Positions 17,978 through 27,732 are shown, numbered from the stretch's first letter. The stretch is 64,000 bases of DNA from Microbacteriaceae bacterium (GCA_947452675.1 CANGDL010000006.1:9886-73885); one strand, 5' to 3'. Notes: generated from the letters alone by a model not told the origin. Translations and numbers: made by a program.

Positions 17978-20491
17978 GTGGCCCAGAGTACATCAAAGAC
18001 CGTAGTCATGGAACTACGTGGAATCTCAAAAAATTACTCAGGTGTGCCAGCACTCACAGATGTGAGCCTGAAGATCAACGCCGGCGAAGTTCACGCCCTC
18101 CTCGGAGAAAACGGCGCTGGTAAATCAACCTTGATGAACGTGGCCTCGGGAACCGTTGCGCCCTCGTCAGGTGACCTAATCGTCCACGGAGAGCGTTTTG
18201 ACGGTCTAACCCCGGCACTCGCCAATCGCCTCGGCATCGCAATCGTTCACCAGCACCCAGCCGTGCTCAAGGATCTAACCGTCTTAGAAAACCTTCAGGT
18301 GGCATTGCCTCGTTCAATTTTCAAGGGCCGCAAAGCCGAAAAGGTGGGAGCCGAGTTGCTCGCCCGCGTCGGCCTAAAGCTCTCGCTAAAACTTCGCGTT
18401 GAAGACCTAACCATCGCTCAGAAGCACCTTCTTGAAATCGCAAAGGCCCTAGCCACTTCGCCAAAGATCTTGGTCTTGGATGAGCCAACTGCTGCCCTTG
18501 GCCAAGACTCAGTTGAACTCTTGTTCCAACTTGTTGCCAAGGAGATCGAGAACGGTACCGCGGTTATCTACATCACCCACCGACTTGCCGAAGTGCGAGA
18601 GTTGGCCAACATTGTCACAGTGCTTCGCGACGGACACCTAATGGCCACCTCGCCAATTGACCAAATCACCGATGCGGAGCTTTTGGCCCAGATCATCGGC
18701 CGCGAACTCAAATCAACATTCCCGGCTAAGCACACCCGTGTCGCCGGCGCCAAGCCAAACCTCGTGGTTAAGGGCTTGAGTGGAAATGGGTTCAACGACG
18801 TAAGTATCGAAGCCTACCCGGGTCAAATCATCGGCATCGCCGGAGTGGTTGGCAACGGCCAGTCTGAGTTTTTGAAGGCTCTCTCTGGGCAAGCAGACTT
18901 CTCAGGTTCGATTGAAATTAACGGTGTCAACAAGTCGGCCCGTTCGCTAAATGGCAAGGCTGCCCTAATGCCAGCCGACCGCCAGCGTGAGGGTGTCATG
19001 ATGCGAATGTCAGTTCGTGAAAACTCCGCTTTGGCATCTCTCAAGAAGTTCAAGGTCCTAGGACTCTTGAGCCGCAAGAAGGAGGTCACCGATGTTCACG
19101 ACACTTTGACCTCGCTCTCGATCAAGGCGCCTGGTCTCGAAGCTCCTGTCTCCGCTCTCTCTGGTGGAAACCAGCAGAAGGTAGTCATGGCGCGCGCATT
19201 GCTGTCTAACCCGGTCATGATTTTGGCGGACGAGCCAACGCAGGGTGTGGACGTCGGTGCCCGATCTGAGCTTTATGACATTCTTCGTCAGGCTTCTGCC
19301 GATGGCATTCCGGTTGTAGTTGCGTCGTCTGACGCTAAGGAGCTCGAAGGTCTCTGCGATACCGTTTATGTACTTTCGCGCGGTCAAGTTGTAAAGACCC
19401 TCATGGATGGTGAAAACCGCGAAGAGGCGATGATCGAAGCCGCGGTAACTTCAACCACCAAGGTGATTCGAGTTGAGCGTGAACTGCGTGAGCAGAAACT
19501 CGCGAACGAGACCTTCTTCGTTAAGTTCCGTCGCTTCCTCAAGGGTGACTATGCGCCACCAGTGATGCTCGGAATCGTGATGGTGGCGTTGACCGCACTC
19601 ATCATGACCAAGACCGACAGCTACTTGGGTGACTTCAACATGAACTCAATCCTGCTTCTGGTTAGTGCCCTTGGCTTCGTTGCCATTGGTCAAACAACGG
19701 TAATGATGACTGGTGGAATCGATCTTTCTACTGGCCCGCTAGTCGGCTTCCTCGTTGTCATCGCGTCGTTCTTCATCAACGATGACTCACCTGTGACCGC
19801 CATCATCCTTGGTCTAGTGACCATGGCTGTGGTCGCAGTACTGGTTGGCTTGGCTAACAGTTCGTTGATTAGGTTCGTCAAGTTCACCGCAATCGCGGCG
19901 ACGTTGACCACCTATATCGCGATTGGTGGCTTTGCATTCATCCTTCGCCCACAGCCTGGTGGCTACATCAGCCAAGCAATTTCTGACACCTTGAATGCGG
20001 CGATTGGCCCAATTCCTTATGTCTTCATCGCACTGGTGGTGGCAACGATTGGAATGGAATACGCACTTCGCAAGTCCCGTTGGGGTTGGAAGCTTCGCGC
20101 AGTTGGCTCTAACGAAGAAGCTGCTCGCAAGGTTGGTGTTCGCATTACGCGCAGCATCATCGGTGCCTATGTCATTTCATCGCTGTTCGTCTTCCTCGGT
20201 GCGCTCTTGCTCATGGTTCAGCTCGGAATCGGAGATGCATCTCAAGGCGTTACCTACACCTTGACCGGTGTTACCGCGGTAGTTCTCGGCGGTACCTCAC
20301 TTATGGGTGGTCGCGGAACCTACATCGGAACCACAATGGGTTCGATTCTCTTGATTCAGGTTTTGAATGCAACCGTGTTCCTCGACCTAGACCAGACCTG
20401 GCAATACCTACTTCAGGCGATTCTGATTCTCGTCGCTGCCGTGGTTTACAGCACCGCCCGCAACCGCAAGGCAGCCAAGATCCGCTCCTAG
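17978..20491 (+). CDS. Fused sugar ABC ATPase (RbsA-type, two NBDs) + permease (RbsC-type)
   Basis: GENGAGKST, LDEPT, LSGGNQQKV, DEPTQGVDVG, followed in frame by GGIDLS..AVVLGGTSLMGGRG TM domain. Confidence 0.92.
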   Translation: MAQSTSKTVVMELRGISKNYSGVPALTDVSLKINAGEVHALLGENGAGKSTLMNVASGTVAPSSGDLIVHGERFDGLTPALANRLGIAIVHQHPAVLKDLTVLENLQVALPRSIFKGRKAEKVGAELLARVGLKLSLKLRVEDLTIAQKHLLEIAKALATSPKILVLDEPTAALGQDSVELLFQLVAKEIENGTAVIYITHRLAEVRELANIVTVLRDGHLMATSPIDQITDAELLAQIIGRELKSTFPAKHTRVAGAKPNLVVKGLSGNGFNDVSIEAYPGQIIGIAGVVGNGQSEFLKALSGQADFSGSIEINGVNKSARSLNGKAALMPADRQREGVMMRMSVRENSALASLKKFKVLGLLSRKKEVTDVHDTLTSLSIKAPGLEAPVSALSGGNQQKVVMARALLSNPVMILADEPTQGVDVGARSELYDILRQASADGIPVVVASSDAKELEGLCDTVYVLSRGQVVKTLMDGENREEAMIEAAVTSTTKVIRVERELREQKLANETFFVKFRRFLKGDYAPPVMLGIVMVALTALIMTKTDSYLGDFNMNSILLLVSALGFVAIGQTTVMMTGGIDLSTGPLVGFLVVIASFFINDDSPVTAIILGLVTMAVVAVLVGLANSSLIRFVKFTAIAATLTTYIAIGGFAFILRPQPGGYISQAISDTLNAAIGPIPYVFIALVVATIGMEYALRKSRWGWKLRAVGSNEEAARKVGVRITRSIIGAYVISSLFVFLGALLLMVQLGIGDASQGVTYTLTGVTAVVLGGTSLMGGRGTYIGTTMGSILLIQVLNATVFLDLDQTWQYLLQAILILVAAVVYSTARNRKAAKIRS

Positions 20492-20500
20492 TAAGTGCGA

Positions 20501-20540
20501 AAAGATTGAAGGCCCGCAGCGATGCGGGCCTTCAATCTTT
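20501..20540. terminator. Bidirectional terminator
   Basis: AAAGATTGAAGGCCCGCA-GCGA-TGCGGGCCTTCAATCTTT between convergent genes. Confidence 0.88.
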
Positions 20541-20554
20541 CTGGAAAGAAAACT

Positions 20555-21433
20555 TTAAATCTTGCGTTGACGAGTTAGTTCGGCGATTGCCGACCAGTCT
20601 AGGTCGCGCAGTTCAGGGTCAGCCAGTGCCGATTCGAAAAGACCGCGAAGCACTCCCGCAACCGGCAGCTTGAGGTCTAGATCGGCAGCGGCATCCTCAA
20701 CCAACTTGACATCTTTTAGGCCAAGCGCAATCGAGAACCCGGGAGGGCTGTAGTTGTGGTTAACAATCATTGGTCCATAGCCCGTGTAGGCGGCGCCGGT
20801 GAATGCGGTGTGTGTGATGATCTCGACGAATGTATTAGGGTCGACACCACCCGACTCGACAAGGGCAACCGATTCACCGATGGCCTGCAACGCATGGATG
20901 AGGTTGTAGTTGACGCCGAGTTTAACCAAGATCGACTTTGAATGATCTTCGCCAACGTTCCAGTGTTGAGCTGAAACTTTATCGAACACAACCGCCGCCG
21001 AAATCACATCAGTGGCTTTGCCGGCGGCAACGATCAGGAGCTTGCCGTTCAAAATTGCAGCCGGGCGTCCGAGCACAGGCGCGGCAACGTAGCCAAGCCC
21101 CAACTTTTCGTGGCGATCGGCTAGCGTTTTTGAGGCCGTCGGGCTCAGCGTTGACATGTTTAGGTGAATGACACCTGGTTTTGCCTTAGCCAAGTTCTCT
21201 TCGCTAAAAACCTCGAGAGCAGCTGCATCGTTGCTTAGCATCGAGATGAAAAAGTCATTCTGCAGGGCACCGGTCAAATCGACTTTGCGGGCACCTTTAT
21301 CGAGAAGATCGCCTATTTCTTTGGGCGAGCGATTCCAGACGTCAACATCGAACCCCTGCTCGAGCAGGCGACTCGACATCGCCGTGCCCATCGAGCCCAA
21401 GCCTAGAAGTGAAACACGAATTTTTTCCGTCAT
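20555..21433 (-). CDS. Beta-hydroxyacid dehydrogenase family (HIBADH-like) NAD(P) oxidoreductase
   Basis: GLGSMG, WNRS, APVLGRP, catalytic Lys in VKLGVN, GF...LGLKD. Confidence 0.88.
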   Translation of the reverse strand: MTEKIRVSLLGLGSMGTAMSSRLLEQGFDVDVWNRSPKEIGDLLDKGARKVDLTGALQNDFFISMLSNDAAALEVFSEENLAKAKPGVIHLNMSTLSPTASKTLADRHEKLGLGYVAAPVLGRPAAILNGKLLIVAAGKATDVISAAVVFDKVSAQHWNVGEDHSKSILVKLGVNYNLIHALQAIGESVALVESGGVDPNTFVEIITHTAFTGAAYTGYGPMIVNHNYSPPGFSIALGLKDVKLVEDAAADLDLKLPVAGVLRGLFESALADPELRDLDWSAIAELTRQRKI

Positions 21434-21435
21434 TG

Positions 21436-22635
21436 TTATCCAATCAATTCGGAGCGCACGAATTCGAGTTCGCGGCTCACGTAGTCGATGATGTCGCCGG
21501 TCTTTAGTTCTGGCGGCAAAACATCCCAGGTATAGGTTTCGATTTCTAGATGGTCAGAAAGAGGAGTTTCGCGATGCATCTTGAGTGCCTCTTGCACTCC
21601 AAATCTGGTGGTGCGGAATGGTCCGAGTTCTTCCAAAAATACCGGCACATGGAAGTGGGTGCGCATCTCAGATTCGACCGGGTTAGCTTCATAGGCATCC
21701 AACGCTTCACCTAGGTTCAAGAACTTGGTGATCTTGCCGTCCTGCTTTAGCGAGGTTTGGCTCAAATATATGGTGTCGGTGAAGCGGCGCAGTGACGCAA
21801 TTTTGTCTTGAGTCAAGTTCTCAACCCATAGCGAGGCGGCTTCTTGCAGTTTGAAGATTGGGATACCCGCCTCGACCAACTTGGTTAGTGATTGGGTGAT
21901 GTTTTCGAACCCCACCGATTGGTGGCCGATGTCGAAGACGATTCCTAGGTATCGACGAATGACGCCTTCTGCCTCGCTGAGTGGGATGCCCGCTACTTCT
22001 GCGAGTTCTTTAATTCCGTCGAGTGAATAGATGCGGTCCCTGAAAAAGGTAACCGTTTCGTCCGTGGTTTCTAGGTAGCAGGCAGGTTCTGGCTCGATTG
22101 CCAACTTGACCCTTCGGCCGGTGCGCTCTTCGAGTTCGAGAAGGTGTTTGACCACGCGGAAAACATTGCGCGTAAACAAACGAATGTATGCCTCATCTGC
22201 CACATTCGGCTTGAAGGCGAGTGGCGCAGTTTGAATAGAGGGATTCACGTGTGCCGGAGAAATTTCGGCAAGGATGTCGGCAACCGAGTTGGTGTATTCA
22301 ACGCGCGCATCAGTGGTCCAATCTGGTTCATAGACGCGCTCCATCACTATGTCACCCTTAAATGGGCCGTATGGGAATGCGTTTACGGTGTAGACGTATA
22401 GGTCTTCTTGCTTCAAGAAAGCAGCTAGCGATGCACGTTCTTCGGCGCTATCGGTGAGGGTCTTTGCCGAGGCTGCTGAGATGCGGAGCGAAACCGCAAA
22501 CGGTTCATTAGGCGAGATTCTGTGCTTGACCTGCGGAACAAACTCTCGCAGGCTCGCACTCATTTCGGCCCAAGTATCACCGGCGTGAACCAGCGTCGAA
22601 TAACTTAGGTGGCCAAGCCCGTTTTTCAGATCCAT
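21436..22635 (-). CDS. eboE: EboE-family xylose-isomerase-like TIM-barrel protein
   Basis: HLSYSTLVH, TVNAFPYGPF..VMERVYEPDW, LAIEPEP.C.LET, DIGHQSV.FE, RTHFHVPVF, HLEIETYTW; ATG 22635. Confidence 0.85.
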   Translation of the reverse strand: MDLKNGLGHLSYSTLVHAGDTWAEMSASLREFVPQVKHRISPNEPFAVSLRISAASAKTLTDSAEERASLAAFLKQEDLYVYTVNAFPYGPFKGDIVMERVYEPDWTTDARVEYTNSVADILAEISPAHVNPSIQTAPLAFKPNVADEAYIRLFTRNVFRVVKHLLELEERTGRRVKLAIEPEPACYLETTDETVTFFRDRIYSLDGIKELAEVAGIPLSEAEGVIRRYLGIVFDIGHQSVGFENITQSLTKLVEAGIPIFKLQEAASLWVENLTQDKIASLRRFTDTIYLSQTSLKQDGKITKFLNLGEALDAYEANPVESEMRTHFHVPVFLEELGPFRTTRFGVQEALKMHRETPLSDHLEIETYTWDVLPPELKTGDIIDYVSRELEFVRSELIG

Positions 22636-22669
22636 TGAATTCTCCATTGCCGTTGACAGATTAAGTCTA

Positions 22670-22688
22670 TGTGCAGTATCACTTAACA
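22670..22688. promoter_or_regulatory. Island operator copy 3 (TGTGCAGTATCACTTAACA)
   Basis: TGTGCA-N7-TTAACA in the divergent eboE/XRE intergenic region. Confidence 0.55.
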
Positions 22689-22806
22689 TTACGAAGTTTT
22701 GTAACCAATAAATACCGATTTCTTGCACAGTGAGTGAGTTTCTGGGGCAGATTCTGTAAAGTGATTGTAAAGAACGGGCAGCATGCTCGTGGGTGAAGGG
22801 GATCAA

Positions 22807-23523
22807 ATGCAGTTCGATATCGGAGACGAGCTTCGAAGGGTTCGCGTATCACGCAAGCTCAGCCTCCGAAGCGTTGCAACTGCAGTCGGCGTTTCTGCGA
22901 GCCTGCTCTCACAGGTCGAAACCGGCAAGACCCAGCCTTCCGTTAGCACTCTGTATGCGCTGGTAAACCACCTAGGAATTTCTCTCGACGGTTTGATGAA
23001 GGGTCAGGCTCAGGCTGACGGCCCTGCCGACCCATCGGGCTATGAAGATGGGCATCACGGGATCGTTCAACGTCGAAACGAAAACCCGTTGATCGAAATG
23101 GAAAACGGTGTGGTTTGGGAGCGCCTGGCCGACGGAGGTCGTGAAGATGCAGACCCACTCATGGTGACCTACGAGCCGGGCAGTTCGAGCTCGGTCGATG
23201 GAAAGATGATGCGTCACGATGCCCTCGAGTATGGCGTAATCATTGAAGGAACGCTCACTCTCAAGATCGAGTCAGAGGTTCATGAACTTTATCCTGGTGA
23301 CTCATTCAGCTTTGACGCCAACCGTCTCCACATGTATGAAAACAATTCGGCTAAGCCGGCGCGAGGAATTTGGTTTGTGATTGGCAACAAGGATTCTGCT
23401 ACCAAGGACCTAAGCAACCTCGGCCCGGCCAAGGCGAGCGGCCCATCATTGCCAGCGAAGTCTGCCGTCGATGTGCTCAACGTTATGGGTGACGCCAAGG
23501 CTCGCAAGCTTCGCAAGAAATAG
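22807..23523 (+). CDS. XRE-family HTH regulator with C-terminal cupin domain
   Basis: LSLRSVA..VGVSASLLSQVETGKTQPSVSTL HTH; cupin H...EYG....G.L..L.PGDS..F....H.Y.N. Confidence 0.92.
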   Translation: MQFDIGDELRRVRVSRKLSLRSVATAVGVSASLLSQVETGKTQPSVSTLYALVNHLGISLDGLMKGQAQADGPADPSGYEDGHHGIVQRRNENPLIEMENGVVWERLADGGREDADPLMVTYEPGSSSSVDGKMMRHDALEYGVIIEGTLTLKIESEVHELYPGDSFSFDANRLHMYENNSAKPARGIWFVIGNKDSATKDLSNLGPAKASGPSLPAKSAVDVLNVMGDAKARKLRKK

Positions 23524-23552
23524 GTTCGGGAGTCGGCCGATGCCGGCCCGAA

Positions 23553-24854
23553 CTAGACCAGCATGCTCAGCGGGTTCTCGATTCGCTTCACGAAAGCGGC
23601 CAACCATTGAGCCGCAACGGCTCCATCAACGGCACGGTGGTCTGCCGACAAAGTCACAGTCATTATGCTGGCAATAACAATCTGACCGTCCTCAACAATT
23701 GCGCGCGGTGATGCAGCTCCAACTGCCAGGATGCCCGACTGCGGTGGGTTCAAGATTGCTGTGAATTCCTTGGTGCCGAACATTCCAAGGTTGCTGACCG
23801 CAAAGCTGCCGCCCTCGAGCTCTTCTTGGCGAAGTTTGCCCGCTCGGGCTCGACCTGCGAGTTCAGATATTTCCATGCTGAGGTTGCTAAGTTGACGCTT
23901 TTCAACCCCGCGAATTACCGGCGTGAGCAAGCCGCCATCGGTGGCCACTGCCACGGCGATGTCTGCTGATTCAAACTTGTGCATTGCCTCAGGGTTCCAG
24001 ATGACGTTTGCTTCGGGAACATCCATGAGTGCTGACGCAACAGCCTTAACAACTATGTCGTTTACCGAGATCTTGACAGGCGATGATTCGTTGATTCGCT
24101 TGCGCAGTTCGAGGAGAGAATCCACCTTGCAGTCTGCGGTCACATAGAAGTGCGGAACAGTCGACTTGCTCTCGGTCAGACGGCGGGCAATCGCTCGGCG
24201 CATTCCCGAGTGAGGCACGGTCACGTAGCTGCTCGAGTATTCCTGTTTTGCAATGGCCGAACCAGGCGCGTTGCCGGCTTGTGCCTGAGCAGTAGTTGTG
24301 CCTGCTTCGGCGACAGGAGCGGCTTGGGTTGCAACCGGTGAGCCGGAAGCCAAATATGTTTCTAGGTCGCGACGAACAACGCGGCCATCAGGCCCGGTGC
24401 CGACGATCTGGTTTAAATCTACGCCGCGTTCCGCGCCTAGCTTGCGCACGATTGGGCTAACGAATTTGCGTCCGCCTTCGTGGGCTGGTGCAGAAGTTGC
24501 GGCCGGGGCTGCAGCTGGTGCACTCGCAGCGATAACCGGAGAAACCAACGGAGCCACATCTGCAACTGGCGCAGCGGCTCCACCCAAGAGTGCATCGCCG
24601 GCAGAACCATCCTCGCCTGTGCCAAGCAAAATCATTATTGGTGAGCCAACCTCTACGGAGGCTCCGTCGGCGACCAAAATCTTATAAACGGTTCCCTCGG
24701 CATCGGCGGCGTAATCAACAACGGCCTTCTCGGTTTCCATCTCGGCTAGCACATCGCCGATTTTCACCGATGCGCCTACTTCAACGTTCCATTTGGAAAG
24801 GACGATTTCGGTCGCGCCAGCGGCAACCTCAGGCATGCGAATCAGAGTTGCCAT
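23553..24854 (-). CDS. 2-oxoacid/acetoin dehydrogenase E2 (dihydrolipoamide acyltransferase)
   Basis: Lipoyl domain ETEKA, E3-binding SP.VRKL..GTGPDGRV, catalytic DHRAVDG. Confidence 0.93.
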   Translation of the reverse strand: MATLIRMPEVAAGATEIVLSKWNVEVGASVKIGDVLAEMETEKAVVDYAADAEGTVYKILVADGASVEVGSPIMILLGTGEDGSAGDALLGGAAAPVADVAPLVSPVIAASAPAAAPAATSAPAHEGGRKFVSPIVRKLGAERGVDLNQIVGTGPDGRVVRRDLETYLASGSPVATQAAPVAEAGTTTAQAQAGNAPGSAIAKQEYSSSYVTVPHSGMRRAIARRLTESKSTVPHFYVTADCKVDSLLELRKRINESSPVKISVNDIVVKAVASALMDVPEANVIWNPEAMHKFESADIAVAVATDGGLLTPVIRGVEKRQLSNLSMEISELAGRARAGKLRQEELEGGSFAVSNLGMFGTKEFTAILNPPQSGILAVGAASPRAIVEDGQIVIASIMTVTLSADHRAVDGAVAAQWLAAFVKRIENPLSMLV

Positions 24855-27040
24855 TAGTTCTTACCAAACCCTTCGGCTGCGTGCTTTAGGCCAGCGACAA
24901 CTTCTTCGGTCTTGGCGATTGCGGCACGCTCGAGCACCTTGGAGATGCTTGGAGATGCTTCGCCACCGTGAACTCGCTGAACCGGCTGGTCTAGATAATC
25001 GAAGTATCGACGCTGGATTTCATCAGACAACCAGCTGCCATAGCTGGTGCCCTGAGCACCCTGCTCGACGATGAGTACCGCATTTGTCTTCTTGATGCTT
25101 GCCTCGATGGTGTCCCAGTCGATGCTCGCGCGGTCTAGCCAACGAAGGTCGATTACCTCGGCATCGACGCCGGTCTGCTCAACGGCCTCGAGTGAGTGGT
25201 TGACCATTGATAGGTAGGTCAATACGGTCAGGTCTTTGCCCGCACGCTTGATCGCTGCCTTGCCGAATGGAATCTGGTAGTCATAGTCGCCTACCGCGAT
25301 CTCACCCTTTGATGCATAAAGGTCAACGTGCTCGATTACTAGCACTGGGTCTTCGAGGGCGAGTGCTGCATTCATCAAACCGATGTAGTCGAACGGGTTC
25401 GATGCTGCCACGATGCGCCATCCTGGTGCGGTTGCCATGATGCCGGCCGGGTCCATCAGGTGCTGCGAACCATAGCCCGAGCCCATTGCGACCTTGGTGC
25501 GGATAACAACCGGAACGGCGGCATCGCCACCGAACATGTGACGGGCCTTGCCGATTTGGTTGAACACCTGGTCGGCCGCCACCCACATGAAGTCCGGGTA
25601 CATGAATTCGATTACCGGACGGAATCGACCATCCAGGGCCATTCCGCCACCCAAGCCCGCAAAGGCGTTCTCGCTGATTGGGGTGCCAAGGATGCGGTCT
25701 GGATACTTTTCGACCAATCCCTTGGTAGCTCCGTTGGTGCCGCCTTTCAGACGGTGGATGTCTTCGCCGAGAACCACGATGCGTGAGTCGGTCTCCATAC
25801 GGCGATCCATCACTGCGGCAACGGCGTCGACGAAGCGAACCTCTTCCTTTGCGCCGGTGTGGGTTTCGAATTCCTCGGTGCGGGCACCGTTTAGCTCGCT
25901 CGCGTCGCCGCGAACACCAACGTTGACGAAGTCGGCGCTCGGCCAGAGCTCTTCACGAATCTTTCGGGCACCTGGTTTGCCGTTAGGGTCAGCTTCGAGC
26001 AACTGGTTGACGGCTAGTTCCATTGCAGCCTGAGCCTGAGCTCGAACGTGGTCAACCATCTGCTGGTCGAGAAGGCCAAGGGAAATCATCTCGTTGGCGA
26101 CGCGGACCAGTGGGTCACGACCGCGCCACGCTTCTTCTTCATCCTTAGGGCGGTAGCCGAATGCGCTGCCTGGGAAAGGTCCGTTCTGGTGGAAGAAACG
26201 GTAAACCTCGGCCTCGATGACGGCCGGGCCCTTGCCAGCACGAACATGCTCGGCGATTTCCTGCATAGCCAGGTGCACGGCCAATGGGTCCATGCCGTCA
26301 ACGCGCCAGCTCGGGATTCCGAAGCCGGTGCCGCGACCAGAAAGTCTCTCTTCAGCGGTGACCTCTGAAACGTGGGTCGAAACCGCATACAAGTTGTTTT
26401 CGATGAAGAAAACAAGAGGGATGTCCCAGGCCGCGGTTAGGTTCATTGTTTCGAGCACTGAGCCGATGTTCACTGCGCCGTCGCCGAAGTAGCTGACGGT
26501 CAGATCGGTGGTGCCAGAGTGCTGCTGAGCCCATGCGTTACCAGCGCCCAGTGGAACACCTCCACCAACGATTGCATTGGTGCCAAGCGCGCCGGCTTCC
26601 TTCCACTGAAGGTGCATCGAGCCACCGCGACCGCGGCAGTAACCCTGGGCAAGGCCGAGAATTTCGGCGAGGGTGCGCTGAAGCACGACCTGGATGTCGT
26701 GGTTCACCAGATTGGTTACGTCTAGTTTTGGGGCAACATAACCGATGGCCTTAGCCAAGAACTGGTGGTGTCCGCGGTGTGATCCGTTGACTGCGTCGGT
26801 GCCGCGCAGGCCAACAATCGAACCAACCGCTCCACCCTCTTGGCCGATGCTCGAGTGAGCAGGTCCGTGAACCAAACCTTCGCCGGCGAGCTGCAGCACG
26901 GTCTCTTCAAAGGCACGGATGAGGTGCATCTGGCCGAGCATGTTCTCAAGCAGGCTTGGGTCGGCATTGCGCCAGTCTTCAGGAGTGGTGCGAAGTTCGA
27001 TCCAAGGTTCTTTTGGTGAGAGCTGAATCTTCTCGGTCAT
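24854..27040 (-). CDS. Fused E1 alpha/beta ThDP-dependent dehydrogenase (acetoin/2-oxoacid DH-like)
   Basis: HSSIGQE, GRGGSMH, GDGA..ENN ThDP motif, beta-part GEDI..TPISE, YGSQH, IDLR. Confidence 0.92.
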   Translation of the reverse strand: MTEKIQLSPKEPWIELRTTPEDWRNADPSLLENMLGQMHLIRAFEETVLQLAGEGLVHGPAHSSIGQEGGAVGSIVGLRGTDAVNGSHRGHHQFLAKAIGYVAPKLDVTNLVNHDIQVVLQRTLAEILGLAQGYCRGRGGSMHLQWKEAGALGTNAIVGGGVPLGAGNAWAQQHSGTTDLTVSYFGDGAVNIGSVLETMNLTAAWDIPLVFFIENNLYAVSTHVSEVTAEERLSGRGTGFGIPSWRVDGMDPLAVHLAMQEIAEHVRAGKGPAVIEAEVYRFFHQNGPFPGSAFGYRPKDEEEAWRGRDPLVRVANEMISLGLLDQQMVDHVRAQAQAAMELAVNQLLEADPNGKPGARKIREELWPSADFVNVGVRGDASELNGARTEEFETHTGAKEEVRFVDAVAAVMDRRMETDSRIVVLGEDIHRLKGGTNGATKGLVEKYPDRILGTPISENAFAGLGGGMALDGRFRPVIEFMYPDFMWVAADQVFNQIGKARHMFGGDAAVPVVIRTKVAMGSGYGSQHLMDPAGIMATAPGWRIVAASNPFDYIGLMNAALALEDPVLVIEHVDLYASKGEIAVGDYDYQIPFGKAAIKRAGKDLTVLTYLSMVNHSLEAVEQTGVDAEVIDLRWLDRASIDWDTIEASIKKTNAVLIVEQGAQGTSYGSWLSDEIQRRYFDYLDQPVQRVHGGEASPSISKVLERAAIAKTEEVVAGLKHAAEGFGKN

Positions 27041-27103
27041 CTTTGACTCCAATGTCGTGGGTGCAGAAAAACTACGGTTTTACCTAAGGTCAAGAATAGC
27101 CAA

Positions 27104-27176
27104 ATGTATCCAATTCATTCCAATAAATCTCAAAATACTTATCAAAATGAGATTTATGCGCAAAGATGTATCCAAT
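27104..27176. promoter_or_regulatory. Two ATGTATCCAAT boxes (GntR/FCD-like) flanking a 10-bp inverted repeat
   Basis: Identical 11-mers at 27104 and 27166; ATAAATCTCA/TGAGATTTAT at 27123 and 27148. Confidence 0.55.
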
Positions 27177-27195
27177 ACGGACTTTAGGAGTCAAT

Positions 27196-27732
27196 ATGAG
27201 CAAGGGCATCCCAACGCTGCGTGGAACCGATCACATCGGGTTCACTGTGCCCGACATCGAGGAGGCGACGATCTTCTTTCGCGACATCATCGGTTGCGAA
27301 TATGTCTACAGCCTTGGCCCATTCAAAAGCGACGATGACTGGATGGCCGAACACCTAAACGTGAACCCTCGCACCATAATGAAGGAGATTCGGTTCTTCA
27401 GATGCCAATTTGGTTCGAACTTCGAAATCTTTGAATACAGTTCCGCCGATGCCGATTGGCCGAAGCCGCAACCGCGCAACAGCGACATTGGTGGTCACCA
27501 CCTATGTTTCTACGTCGACGATCTTGACGCAGCTGTGGCCTATCTGAAAGAACACAACATCCGTGTTTTGGGTCAACCGACCAAGAGCTCGAATGCGAGC
27601 CTGGGTCAGACTTGGGTATATTTCTTAAGTCCTTGGGGAATGCAGTTTGAACTCTGCACCTATCCAGATGGCAAGGCTTATGAGAAAGACGCGAAGGTAA
27701 AGTTGTGGCACCCAGCTCACCCAGCAGAGTAG
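27196..27732 (+). CDS. VOC family protein
   Basis: DHIGFTVPD..FEIFEY..GGHHLCFYVDD..SPWGMQFEL; AGGAG RBS before ATG 27196. Confidence 0.88.
   Translation: MSKGIPTLRGTDHIGFTVPDIEEATIFFRDIIGCEYVYSLGPFKSDDDWMAEHLNVNPRTIMKEIRFFRCQFGSNFEIFEYSSADADWPKPQPRNSDIGGHHLCFYVDDLDAAVAYLKEHNIRVLGQPTKSSNASLGQTWVYFLSPWGMQFELCTYPDGKAYEKDAKVKLWHPAHPAE

Noticed and set aside
24938-24960. 10-nt tandem repeat CTTGGAGATG in the E1 gene
   Set aside because: The reading frame is intact (EASPSISKVL) and continues to a normal E1-beta C-terminus; coincidental
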